Under the pieces are notes generated by a model, which saw only the letters and a list, made by a program, of their open reading frames with translations, did no database searches and was not told the DNA's origin. A stretch of 42,855 nucleotides of DNA from an uncultured archaeon (GTDB taxonomy: Archaea > Asgardarchaeota > Lokiarchaeia > Sigyniarchaeales > SOKP01), in the NCBI GenBank assembly GCA_964508365.1, contig CAZDTP010000034.1, positions 1-42,855 on the forward strand, given 5' to 3'. Made by a program: the position numbers and the translations under genes. The number at the start of each line of letters is the position of its first letter. The stretch's first letter is position 1. Of this stretch, positions 16,384-26,029 are shown piece after piece.

Positions 16384-17592
16384 ATGAAATTATCTGAATT
16401 TGGAATAAAATTTCTGCGTTTAGCACTTCGCATAGACAAACATATCAAGGGATATGTAGATTTTTATATTGGTCCTAAAAAATTATGTAAAATCGTTGAC
16501 AATGAGGTTATAACTTCACCAAACAAACTATTAACCGATTGCAAAGCTTTACAAAAAGATTTGTTTAAACAAGGTTACGAAAAAAAACGTGAGCGATATT
16601 TAGAAAAAATATTAATGGCGATGAGGACTTCGATCGGAATTCTAAACGGTATCGAGATTTCAATTAAGGAACAATTTTTAAGGCTATATGATGTAGTCTT
16701 ACAGCCAGTTAACGAATCTGAATTAGATAACTTAAAAGAAGAGTTTAACGCAGCGTATGGTGGTATTGGAAGTTTAAAAAAACGAATGAACGATTTAAGA
16801 GCACGACGAACTGTTCCTGAGGGTATGGTATTTGAATTATTTAAGAAAGCTCTCAACATCACGAGCGTGCGAACTAAAGAATTGCTTGTCGATCTCTTAC
16901 CTGAAAATGAATATATTAATTTAGAGCTAGTAAAAAATAACAATAATAATAAAATTAAATGGACGTATTACAATTGGTATCTGGGTAATTTTCGCTCCCG
17001 AATAGAAGTCAACCCGAATTATAACATGTATTGGACATCATTTTTGCCTGCTGCCGCTCACGAAGCATACCCCGGCCATCATACAGAATTTATTGTCAAA
17101 GAACAGAGACTATATCGCGAATTAAATCAATTTGAACACTCAATCCTGCTACTAAACTCGCCCAAGTTAATAATTAGCGAAGGAATAGCGAATATAGCAG
17201 TGAATATGCTTTTCAACTATCGGGAGCAAGCAGAAATTAGTTTACGAGAATTTTGTCAAGACTCGTCAAAAGAATCTTCTATTGAAGCATTAATAGCGCA
17301 AGGCAAAGTAAAAGGTAAACAATCGCTTTTTGGGTATAATTTCGCTTATCATGCTCTAATTGATGGATGGAGCAAAGAGAAATTAATTCGATACGCAACC
17401 AGTTTTGAAATCCTTAGCCAAGAAATTATAAAAAATCGAATAAATTATCTTTTAAATCCAGTACATTCAACTACTGCTTTCTCGTATAGTATAGGAAGCA
17501 AACTAATAATAAACAAATATGGGGGATTTCCTTCGGTTAAGAACTTTCGAGACCTGCTTATCAACCCAATTCTCCCCTCCGATTTAGCATAA
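16384..17592 (+). CDS. DUF885-like putative metallopeptidase
   Basis: AAHEAYPGHH motif, SEGIA downstream, YSIG near the C-terminus; ATG 16384 preferred to the ORF-track start 16351. Confidence 0.7.
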   Translation: MKLSEFGIKFLRLALRIDKHIKGYVDFYIGPKKLCKIVDNEVITSPNKLLTDCKALQKDLFKQGYEKKRERYLEKILMAMRTSIGILNGIEISIKEQFLRLYDVVLQPVNESELDNLKEEFNAAYGGIGSLKKRMNDLRARRTVPEGMVFELFKKALNITSVRTKELLVDLLPENEYINLELVKNNNNNKIKWTYYNWYLGNFRSRIEVNPNYNMYWTSFLPAAAHEAYPGHHTEFIVKEQRLYRELNQFEHSILLLNSPKLIISEGIANIAVNMLFNYREQAEISLREFCQDSSKESSIEALIAQGKVKGKQSLFGYNFAYHALIDGWSKEKLIRYATSFEILSQEIIKNRINYLLNPVHSTTAFSYSIGSKLIINKYGGFPSVKNFRDLLINPILPSDLA

Positions 17593-17930
17593 AATTACAT
17601 CCAAAAAAATTTTCATTAACATTAGCTTTAAAAAATAAAAGTTCTCTCTCTTTTTTTAGGAGTTTAAATAAATTTTATCAACTAATAAATTGTTTTAGAA
17701 GAACTTAACATAAATATTTCAGTTTGGTTTCAAATTTAAAAAAAAAAATTAGTTAAAAACAATTCATATAAAAAACAAAGTGAGAAAAAATGCCTGGTCA
17801 AACAGACGCAACGCCATAAAATGATGCTTTTTATAAGTGCATCACATATTTTCTTTTTTAAGATATTATTAATATTGTTAAATAGATCTTTTAATTTGAT
17901 AAAATTTAATACAAGTCGTTTGAAAGAAAT

Positions 17931-18202
17931 GAATTTGAACAATCAAAAGTTTATAGTTATACTTAGGATGAGTAATTATGGTATCAGATTTCTGAGTTAA
18001 TAAAAACCTATTATGGGAGCCAATTATTGGAAATACTAAAAATAAATATGAAAACCGCTATTAACCAAGAAATTTTTAACAAATTTTTAAATTACGCTTA
18101 TAAATTAAACCTAAAGCTAAATCTAAAGCTAAATGTGGATAATTGATTGTTCTAGCTGTAATTTCCCATATACACCATCGTAACCGGGGATAAACCAATA
18201 AT
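17931..18202 (+). repeat. diverged direct repeat, copy 2 (pseudogenised SWIM-gene 3' end with in-frame stops and a 12-bp tandem duplication)
   Basis: Translates EFEQSKVYSYT*DE*LWYQISELIKTYYGSQLLEIL...; contains TAAAGCTAAATC-TAAAGCTAAATG duplication. Confidence 0.93.
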
Positions 18203-19109
18203 TTCCTGATTTTATTTTATTAATTACTTCACGTAATTCATAAGAAATTGGATAAAAATCGGTAGAATTTTCCCAGATGTTAAATTCACCATTGGCAGCT
18301 TCAACAATATTTCGATATAAAGATAGATTTTTATTTTTATACTCAGGCCCTCCATAAACAATCGATATTAAATGTAGTAGTGGAACAATGTATTGAAAAT
18401 TATCATTTATAGGTATATCTGAGTCTTTTAATTCATAAACTCTAGATAAAACACCCTTAGTCAGTGTTTTCCCGCATATAGGGCAATCCATAATATTTCT
18501 TTTAGGACTACAAAAATACGAATTACTCGAAGAGTGACGACTAGAACGGTGACCATCGTAATAATACTTACCCTCTGATGGATTAAATTCGTAAGTTTTT
18601 ACAATTTTGTTTTCTCTAATTGATGTAATTATATCCCGATAAGTTACTCTGTTTAAATCTAATATGGTCGCTTCTCTTCCTAACCTATGAAAATATAGTG
18701 AGTGGCTATCAGAATTTGATATTATTGAAAAATTATTCAATTCCATGATACCTCTTATCATGGTAGGATCAGCACTTAATCCTGTATGAATTCATTCCTT
18801 CACCTAATGCTTCTCTTAATGACTCAAAATGTAAATTATTTCCCAGAATACCATAAAATGGAGTAAATAGACTTCTGATTGTAGAACAAACTTAACCTGA
18901 GATATATTTGGAAAACTGAATAGACCGTCCGAATCTTCGTCTAAATTTAGTTTAATCTCCTTAAACCATAGAGGGTGGAAGCAGTCTCCCGTACCAACGA
19001 TATCAATTCCTTTTATTCTACAATTTTGTGCTAAATTTTTTATATTTATTAAATTGCTAGTTCCTCCAGAATATCGACTATGAATGTGAAGGTCACATAT
19101 TTTCTCCAT
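18129..19109 (-). pseudogene. EndoQ/TIGR00375-like PHP-domain endonuclease, broken by internal deletions and frameshifts
   Basis: MEKICDLHIHSRYS...GTGD..HP.W...QSEV (frame 1), LFTPFYGILG...FESLREALG (frame 2), IHTGLSADP.M...SNSDSHS...RLGREA...GKYYYDGHR...CPICG...PGYDGVYG (frame 3). The central H-H-L...PAH segment of the family is missing. Confidence 0.82.
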
Positions 19110-19377
19110 AAAACTCGGAATATAATGTAAAGATCTTAGAGATGAATATAAATAGAAATATTTAATTTCCACGTTTAGTTTTTTGAAAAGTAATAAATAA
19201 CAAATTATTGATACTTATAACGGGTGATCAAAATCAAAATAACTAAAAATTCTTCTACCAGACATCTTAACCAATAAAAAGTTCTCTCAATTCATAAAGA
19301 GAGTCAATGAAATGCAATATTTTTAAATTAAACATATTTCTTTATTAATAATATAATTTTATAATAATCGCAGAATC

Positions 19378-20655
19378 ATGGTAAAAGAATTAATGAAACA
19401 CCCCTCTAAAGACATTACCGAAAGCAAGGGAACAATATTAAGAGGAAAAACTATATGTATATGTTTAACTGGCTCGGTAGCATGTATTAATTCGCCTATA
19501 ATTGCCAGAGAGTTAATGCGTTTAGGTGCTGAAGTAATTGCTACAATGTCAAAAGCCGCTACTGAATTAATAAATCCTTCTTTAATGCATTGGGCAACTG
19601 GAAATCCCGTCATAACTAAGTTAACTGGAGCAGTTGAACATGTATTTTTAGCAGGTGATAGACCAAATCATTTTGGAAAAGCAGATATAATATTAGTTTG
19701 TCCAGCAACAGCAAATACCATTTCTAAAATCGCAAATGGAATTGATGATACGCCAGTTACCACAGTAGTTTCAACCGCATTTGGATCATCTATACCAATT
19801 GTAATAGTTCCAGCTATGCATGAGAGTATGTTTCATCCTATTATTGAGAGAAATATCGCTAAATTGAAAGAATGCGGTATAAATGTATTAGGCCCACGAT
19901 TATCTGAAGGAAAGGCTAAAATTGCAAAGCTTGATGAAGTAATTGATAAAGTAATAGATCTATTGATTACTAAAAAAGATCTTGAAAGTAAAAAAGTATT
20001 AATCACAGCCGGTCCCAGTCGCGAAGCTATTGATTCTATCCGATACTTATCCAATAAATCATCGGGAAGGATGGGTATTGAACTTGCTAAGGAAGCCTCT
20101 GCTAGAGGTGCAGATGTATTGCTAGTTGCAGGTGAATGCATGGTAAAAATACCTGATTACATAAAAACCATTCATGTGGAATCTGCTGATGATTTCATAA
20201 AGGCGATAAAAAATGAGCTATCTTACTCAAATTATGATATGTTTATATCTGCTGCTGCGATATCGGATTATAAACCAGTAGATTGCATAGAAGGTAAAAT
20301 TTCCTCAGATAATGTAGAAAAATTGAATGTTAGCATGCATCTAACACCCAAAATATTGAATGTAGCACGACGGAAAGACTATAACCTTTTCATAATTGCT
20401 TTTAAAGCAGAAATCAATGTTTCAAGAACAGAATTAATCGAACGTGCTTACAGTCGACTTTTAAAATCTGAAGCGAATCTTATAGTGGCTAACGATGTAG
20501 GTCGCGACGATATAGGTTTCAATAGCAAAGATAATGAAGTATATATAATTGATAAAGAAAAACACATAACTCATATCGAAAAGTCTACTAAAAGATATGT
20601 AGCCTCAAAAATCATTGATGTGGCTTTAGATAATTACCAATCAAGAGAGAATTAA
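19378..20655 (+). CDS. coaBC: bifunctional phosphopantothenoylcysteine decarboxylase/ligase
   Basis: LTGSVA, PATANTISK, PAMHESM, ITAGPSREAIDSIRYLSNKSSGRMG, AAISDY, AFKAE, ANDV motifs. Confidence 0.95.
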   Translation: MVKELMKHPSKDITESKGTILRGKTICICLTGSVACINSPIIARELMRLGAEVIATMSKAATELINPSLMHWATGNPVITKLTGAVEHVFLAGDRPNHFGKADIILVCPATANTISKIANGIDDTPVTTVVSTAFGSSIPIVIVPAMHESMFHPIIERNIAKLKECGINVLGPRLSEGKAKIAKLDEVIDKVIDLLITKKDLESKKVLITAGPSREAIDSIRYLSNKSSGRMGIELAKEASARGADVLLVAGECMVKIPDYIKTIHVESADDFIKAIKNELSYSNYDMFISAAAISDYKPVDCIEGKISSDNVEKLNVSMHLTPKILNVARRKDYNLFIIAFKAEINVSRTELIERAYSRLLKSEANLIVANDVGRDDIGFNSKDNEVYIIDKEKHITHIEKSTKRYVASKIIDVALDNYQSREN

Positions 20656-20808
20656 AACCATCTACTACTTTTTAATAATTTTTGTTGATTAAAGAAAAGA
20701 TTTAAATAGTAATTCAATTTCTGTTCAAAATGATTGACCAAATACATTTTGTAAAATTGATTGATTTGCGTAAGTATCAGATTATTCGTGCAATATTAAT
20801 TATAATAC

Positions 20809-20816
20809 TTATAAAA
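20809..20816 (+). promoter_or_regulatory. candidate TATA box for the top6B operon
   Basis: TTATAAAA about 60 nt upstream of the inferred top6B start; AT-rich context limits confidence. Confidence 0.3.
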
Positions 20817-20877
20817 TCATTTATGTTATTATTTGATAATCGAGTTAAAATGATAAAAACAGATTGGTGTAATTGAA

Positions 20878-23800
20878 ATTTCCTCTGAAGAAGAAGAAGG
20901 CAGAATAAAGCAAGGAACGATAGCACAATTCATGAGAAAGCGAACTCAATTAGTGGGTTTTGAATTTGGCTTTTGGAAACATCAGCAATACGCCTCCGAA
21001 TTTCTAGATAATGCGTTAGATGCTATTGAAGAATTTCAGTGGAATGAGTTACAAGAGGGTGATTCACGAACTCAATTTTCTCTCGATCAAGAATTGACTT
21101 TAGAAAATTTATCGATTCTTCAAGAAGCGCAAATAGATGAAATTGATCAACCTCTATCAAATGAAGCAAAATTTGCTCTAATGCAAGAAATAGGAATAGA
21201 ACCTTCAGAACCATCTAACACTGAAATAGAATCAACCATAGATATGGAAGAAGACGAATCTGGAGAAATTATCGATACAGAAGAGATCGAAGTAGAAGAA
21301 GAAGTAAAAAGAATTGTTGATGATATGAATGAAATCATAAAACCAGTGGAGCCAATTGTAGATATTGAACCACTTGTTATTATTCGCTTGAGAGAATCTG
21401 AAGCTGCTTCCTTTTTAACATCTGAATTATCCCAGAAAAATGTTATGACTTATACATTCGAAATTTTTGATAATGGTATAGGCATGCACAAAGGAGACAT
21501 GCGAAAGTTTGGTAAATATCTAGCCTCTTCAAAAAGCCTTGAATTGAAGCAAACCCGTGGAAGTCAGGGTTTTGGAGCTCCGAGTGCATTTAGCGATGCT
21601 CAAAACACAACTGGAAAACCTATAGTAGCAGTATCAAAGTCAAAAGGTACTATATATGCTACTGTTTCAGAATTTTTTACAACCTCTAAAAATGAAAAGA
21701 AATATTTGGTTCGTCCTACAGAAGTAGACAGCAATTTCCTACATGGTACATATATAAAATTACATTATTTAAATGTAAAATACACCCGTGGTTTCGTAGA
21801 TACCTATATTAAAGAAACAGCTTTAATGAATCCGCATATAACTCTTATTTTTATCGATCCATATGGGAAAGAATGGATTTATAGACGATTAGTCTCAAGT
21901 TTTCCAAAACAACCAAAATATGCTAAACCTCATCCGTCTTCAACAAATATTGGTGACTTACAAGATCTCTTAACAAAATCAGAAAAATTAACAATATCCG
22001 CATTTTTACAGAATAATTTCGTGAGAATAAGTTCAAAGACAGCAAGAGAGATTTTGAATATTGCAGAAAGAAACATAGAAGATAAATTATCTCTAATGAT
22101 ACTTAAAAATGGATTTATAAACAAATTAGCGAAAAGAAGCGATCCAATATACTTTTTTAAGTATGAAAAAAGGGTTTATGGGCGTTCAACAAAACCTAGA
22201 GACAAATTAATTATTTACGATATTGATTCCGAAGAATTGAAGAATAACTATTGGGAATCCATGGATAGACATAACAAATTTGATAAAGATTTGGAAAGAT
22301 TATACAGAGAAATAAAAAAACATCAAGATCGTATGGATAAATCTGAGACAAAAAAAGATATAAAGAAAATTGAAAGAGAAATTAGTAATTTATTAAACAA
22401 TATAGATAAAATTTTACTAGAAAGAGATAAAATTAAAAACGAATTAGAAAAGATTTTTAAAGATAATACTGGGTTAATAGAGGCAAAAAAATTAAAAAAT
22501 CGTTCAGAACTCGAAGATTTAATCAATGAAGTTCAAATTTCTAAAGTAAAACCTTCTGAATTAACTAACAACCAATTTAATTCACTATTCCATGCTTTTA
22601 AATCTATCAAATATATGTCTCCACCAACAGATACAGCGATCCCAGTCGGAGATATTGTATTAGAAAGTACACTGATTAAAGAAATAGGGCTTAAAATATC
22701 CGAGAACATTGATGATTTTGATGATCCTATTGAAAACATAAAAACATCTTTACATATTCTTCAAGAGGATTTGAAAAGAGATCAAGACAAAAAAAAAAAA
22801 GCTAGAGAAGGTGAAATTATAGAAGATATTACCATAACACCTGACGATGTTAAAAATTTCAACTCAAGAATTCTCGCTAGTATGGATATTGAAGATCAAT
22901 ATTCAGAACTAATTGAATTTCAGGAAAAAATTGAAAAAAATATAAATTCTACTAAAGAAGTTCAGAAAGATTCTTATCAGGAAATATTTGATTTCTTCGC
23001 CGATAATTACACTAAAGATGATGATTTTGTAAGTGCAGAAACAAGACCACCTACTTCGGGCAAAGGATTAGCATATATTGTTGAAGCTGCATTAGCGTAT
23101 TGTAACGATTCGAAGAAACTTGATACACCCAAACGTTCCAGGGATGTTCTCTCAAGATTCGTTAATAGAACTCCTAAGTTAAGAGATAGTGCTGATTGCG
23201 TAATCACTAAAGCAGTTCAATCTGTGAATTGGAAAAATTATAAATTAGATGTGTATGATAATAATCTTCCAAAAGGTCCAATTAAACTTCTCGTAAATGT
23301 TTCAGGTCCATATGTTCATTTAATGTTTAAATCACAGTCAAAAAACGCATTAGCTGAAGATGAAGAATTACTTAAAGAGATAAAATTTTGTCTTGAGGCA
23401 ATAGGAAGGCGATTAAGAGTATATCTTAATCGTAAAGCGAATATTCGAAAGAGCGAGAAAAGAGCTGGTTTAATTGAGAGATATATCCCAATCTTTGTTC
23501 AAAGTGTCTTTAATATTGTATCACAAGGAGGAGGAAAATATAAGGGGAAAATTTCACAAAATGAATTGGAAAACTTGATGAAAAATGCAATTGGGATTAA
23601 AGCGCCTCCAAAAATTGAAGAAAAGTTATTACCCAAACCTGAAAAGATAGAAGCTATTGAATTAGAACCTAAAAAAGTTGAGATAAAATGGGAAGACACA
23701 GGAATTCAGACAAAAGTAATTTCTAAAACAGTAGAACCAAAGGATGAGATTCTCAGTGAAAAAACGCTTCTTAACTGGACTATAAGTCAACTAAAAGAAT

Positions 23801-24279
23801 ATTGTGTAGAAAAGAACATTTCTCTACCTTCTAACGCGCGAAAACCAGAAATAATTAGATTTATTCAAGAATTTTATGATAAGGGAGAACCAGAAAAAAG
23901 GATTCCTTTAGTCGAAGTAGTAAAAATACCTTTAACAACCGAACCAGTTACATCGGGAACCCTAGCAGAAAAGAGAAAACAATTACAAATTACTAATGGT
24001 GAAATAATTCATCAACAGCCGGTTAAAAAAGAATCAACAATTAGTACTCAACAACTTAAACCAGTACTAACTCAAACTCAATTGCCAATAATTACTACAG
24101 AGAAAATATCAGAAGTATTATCCGAAGATTGGCAACCAATAACAGCGTTAATATTTAAAATGAAAATAAAAGATATGATGGATGCTCGGTTTTTACAGAT
24201 AAAACTGAAGGAATTGGAGCGTAAGGGATTGGTAATGGTAGAAACCAAGATGGGAAAAAAACATTGGAAATTAAAATAG
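20878..24279 (+). CDS. top6B: DNA topoisomerase VI subunit B, greatly enlarged (three insertions plus C-terminal HeH/SAP-like and winged-helix-like regions)
   Basis: GHKL N-box EFLDNALDA, DNGIG, RGSQGFG, HGT; H2TH; PPT, TRPPT, RFVNRTP, NVSGPYV transducer motifs. The conserved N-terminus (TIAQFMRKRTQLVGF) begins upstream of ATG 20932; in-frame stop at 20854; start inferred at ATT 20878 after GGTG. Confidence 0.9.
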   Translation: MSSEEEEGRIKQGTIAQFMRKRTQLVGFEFGFWKHQQYASEFLDNALDAIEEFQWNELQEGDSRTQFSLDQELTLENLSILQEAQIDEIDQPLSNEAKFALMQEIGIEPSEPSNTEIESTIDMEEDESGEIIDTEEIEVEEEVKRIVDDMNEIIKPVEPIVDIEPLVIIRLRESEAASFLTSELSQKNVMTYTFEIFDNGIGMHKGDMRKFGKYLASSKSLELKQTRGSQGFGAPSAFSDAQNTTGKPIVAVSKSKGTIYATVSEFFTTSKNEKKYLVRPTEVDSNFLHGTYIKLHYLNVKYTRGFVDTYIKETALMNPHITLIFIDPYGKEWIYRRLVSSFPKQPKYAKPHPSSTNIGDLQDLLTKSEKLTISAFLQNNFVRISSKTAREILNIAERNIEDKLSLMILKNGFINKLAKRSDPIYFFKYEKRVYGRSTKPRDKLIIYDIDSEELKNNYWESMDRHNKFDKDLERLYREIKKHQDRMDKSETKKDIKKIEREISNLLNNIDKILLERDKIKNELEKIFKDNTGLIEAKKLKNRSELEDLINEVQISKVKPSELTNNQFNSLFHAFKSIKYMSPPTDTAIPVGDIVLESTLIKEIGLKISENIDDFDDPIENIKTSLHILQEDLKRDQDKKKKAREGEIIEDITITPDDVKNFNSRILASMDIEDQYSELIEFQEKIEKNINSTKEVQKDSYQEIFDFFADNYTKDDDFVSAETRPPTSGKGLAYIVEAALAYCNDSKKLDTPKRSRDVLSRFVNRTPKLRDSADCVITKAVQSVNWKNYKLDVYDNNLPKGPIKLLVNVSGPYVHLMFKSQSKNALAEDEELLKEIKFCLEAIGRRLRVYLNRKANIRKSEKRAGLIERYIPIFVQSVFNIVSQGGGKYKGKISQNELENLMKNAIGIKAPPKIEEKLLPKPEKIEAIELEPKKVEIKWEDTGIQTKVISKTVEPKDEILSEKTLLNWTISQLKEYCVEKNISLPSNARKPEIIRFIQEFYDKGEPEKRIPLVEVVKIPLTTEPVTSGTLAEKRKQLQITNGEIIHQQPVKKESTISTQQLKPVLTQTQLPIITTEKISEVLSEDWQPITALIFKMKIKDMMDARFLQIKLKELERKGLVMVETKMGKKHWKLK

Positions 24280-24289
24280 TGTGATAATA

Positions 24290-25483
24290 GTGGCGAATAA
24301 AACTGAAAGTAAAAAGTGGGATATTAAAGAAGCTAAAAAGCTATTTCAAGAATATTTAGAAAAGGGGTTAGAAGAAGAGAAAAAAGAAGCAATATTACCG
24401 GAAAACACTGTCAAAATCGACGATCTAAATAAAAAACAAACTTTAGAGCGTATCTACAAATTAACGGATTCCATAATAGAAATGATCTATGAAAATGGAA
24501 GACCCTCAATTAAAATGCCTTCGAGAACGAGTGCAAATATAATCTGGGATGAAGAAAATGATTTACTACTATTAGGACAGCAGATCATGGAAAAACATTT
24601 TCATTCGCTAGGTAGTGTTGCTGACATTACAAGATTAATGAAAGTACTTGAGAAAGTCAACGAACTATTGCTCAAGGATATGCATGCAACAAAGAGGGAA
24701 ATTTTTTATTCAGCAGTTCAACTATTTGGAGATCAGAAGAATAGCGATAAAAGTATTGAGGATGTCGCTACAATGTTATATACAACTAGGAACTCTACAC
24801 ATATAGTTGCTTCAGCTAAAGGATCATGCATTGGACGTCTTAGAATTAGAGATAAGAATGATATAATTGATTTGGAAGGTTTGGGAAGTGGCGGTTGGAC
24901 GATTAGTCCAATGCTTGATAATGTTGAAATACTTGAATCAGATGCGGAATTTATTTTAGTCCTAGAGAAAGATGCAGCAATGATAAGATTATCAGAGGCC
25001 AGATTTTGGAGAAAATACCCCTGTATAATATTAACAGCAAAAGGTGCAGCGGATATTGCTACACGTATGTTCCTAAGAAGAATCAGTAAGGAGCTCCGGT
25101 TGCCTGTTTTTACTCTAGTTGATAGCGATCCATATGGGCATTATATTCATTCAGTTTACTTACGAGGATCTAAACGTTTGAGTTATGAATCACCCTTTTT
25201 AGCAACTCCCGATATAAAACTCTTAGGTGTACTTACGAGGGATTTGGAAAAATATAAAATTCCCAACGATTGTAGAATCCCTATGAATCAAACAGATATT
25301 AAGAGGACTAAAGAGATGTTAAGCGAAGATTTTGTAAAAAAGAATAAAGCTTGGGAAACAGATCTTAAATTAGCTCTAAATTTAAAAATGAAAGCGGAAA
25401 TTCAAGCTCTCTCGACTTTTGGATTTGAATTCTTAACGGATCAATATATCCCTGAAAAATTATCAACTGGAGATTGGATATAA
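24290..25483 (+). CDS. top6A: DNA topoisomerase VI subunit A (Spo11 family)
   Basis: Catalytic Tyr in TKREIFY, TOPRIM EKDA and DSDPYG, KAEIQAL; directly follows top6B. GTG 24290 preferred (ORF track 24281). Confidence 0.96.
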   Translation: MANKTESKKWDIKEAKKLFQEYLEKGLEEEKKEAILPENTVKIDDLNKKQTLERIYKLTDSIIEMIYENGRPSIKMPSRTSANIIWDEENDLLLLGQQIMEKHFHSLGSVADITRLMKVLEKVNELLLKDMHATKREIFYSAVQLFGDQKNSDKSIEDVATMLYTTRNSTHIVASAKGSCIGRLRIRDKNDIIDLEGLGSGGWTISPMLDNVEILESDAEFILVLEKDAAMIRLSEARFWRKYPCIILTAKGAADIATRMFLRRISKELRLPVFTLVDSDPYGHYIHSVYLRGSKRLSYESPFLATPDIKLLGVLTRDLEKYKIPNDCRIPMNQTDIKRTKEMLSEDFVKKNKAWETDLKLALNLKMKAEIQALSTFGFEFLTDQYIPEKLSTGDWI

Positions 25484-25488
25484 CGTAG

Positions 25489-26019
25489 GTGATAAAACTA
25501 TTGAAAATATTTTATAAAAAAGATGGGGGAATTGTACAACTCATAGATAAAGATAAGATGAAAGAATGGCCGATTGAACTGCCGCTTATTTTTATTGAAT
25601 ATGTCCGCAATAATCAACTAAAGGTATATGATGATCCAAAAATTAAAAAGGAAATAGAGAAATATCTTGATGAAGTCCTTACTGATGTTGCTATTCCCGG
25701 TTTAATTGAGGTCCTTGATGGCGATAATTTCGAAGAAATTAATAAAGCCTTGGTTAGAATTGAGGAATTAGCAAAAAAAAACACCGATATGGTTAAACCA
25801 ATAAAGCCCTATGTAGAAAAATTAGTAAACAAGAATATTAAGGAAGTGAATAACCTTAGCAACTCAATAATAGATAGCTTTAATAAAGCAGAAAGAAAAA
25901 AGGAATTAGCTGAAAAAAGAAAAATAATGCAGGAAAAAGAAAAATCATTCTTAGCTGGTAATCTTAGTGGAGAAGAATACGCAAAGGCTCGGAAAGATTA
26001 TTTGGTTTTGAAAGAATAA
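25489..26019 (+). CDS. hypothetical protein with a HEAT-like helical pair
   Basis: 176-aa ORF co-oriented in the top6 operon with an AGGTGA RBS (true start probably TTG 25501); AIPGLIEVLDG...KALVRIEELAK is HEAT-like. Confidence 0.6.
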   Translation: MIKLLKIFYKKDGGIVQLIDKDKMKEWPIELPLIFIEYVRNNQLKVYDDPKIKKEIEKYLDEVLTDVAIPGLIEVLDGDNFEEINKALVRIEELAKKNTDMVKPIKPYVEKLVNKNIKEVNNLSNSIIDSFNKAERKKELAEKRKIMQEKEKSFLAGNLSGEEYAKARKDYLVLKE

Positions 26020-26029
26020 GTTGAATAAA

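Noticed and set aside
17736-17942. 68-aa minus-strand ORF in the intergenic region
   Set aside because: Low-complexity AT-rich sequence overlapping the repeat edge; no motif or RBS.
21040-23020. Inteins as the explanation for the Top6B insertions (and in MCM)
   Set aside because: No Cys/Ser-initiated splicing block, no His-Asn terminus, no LAGLIDADG motifs; MCM is of normal length.
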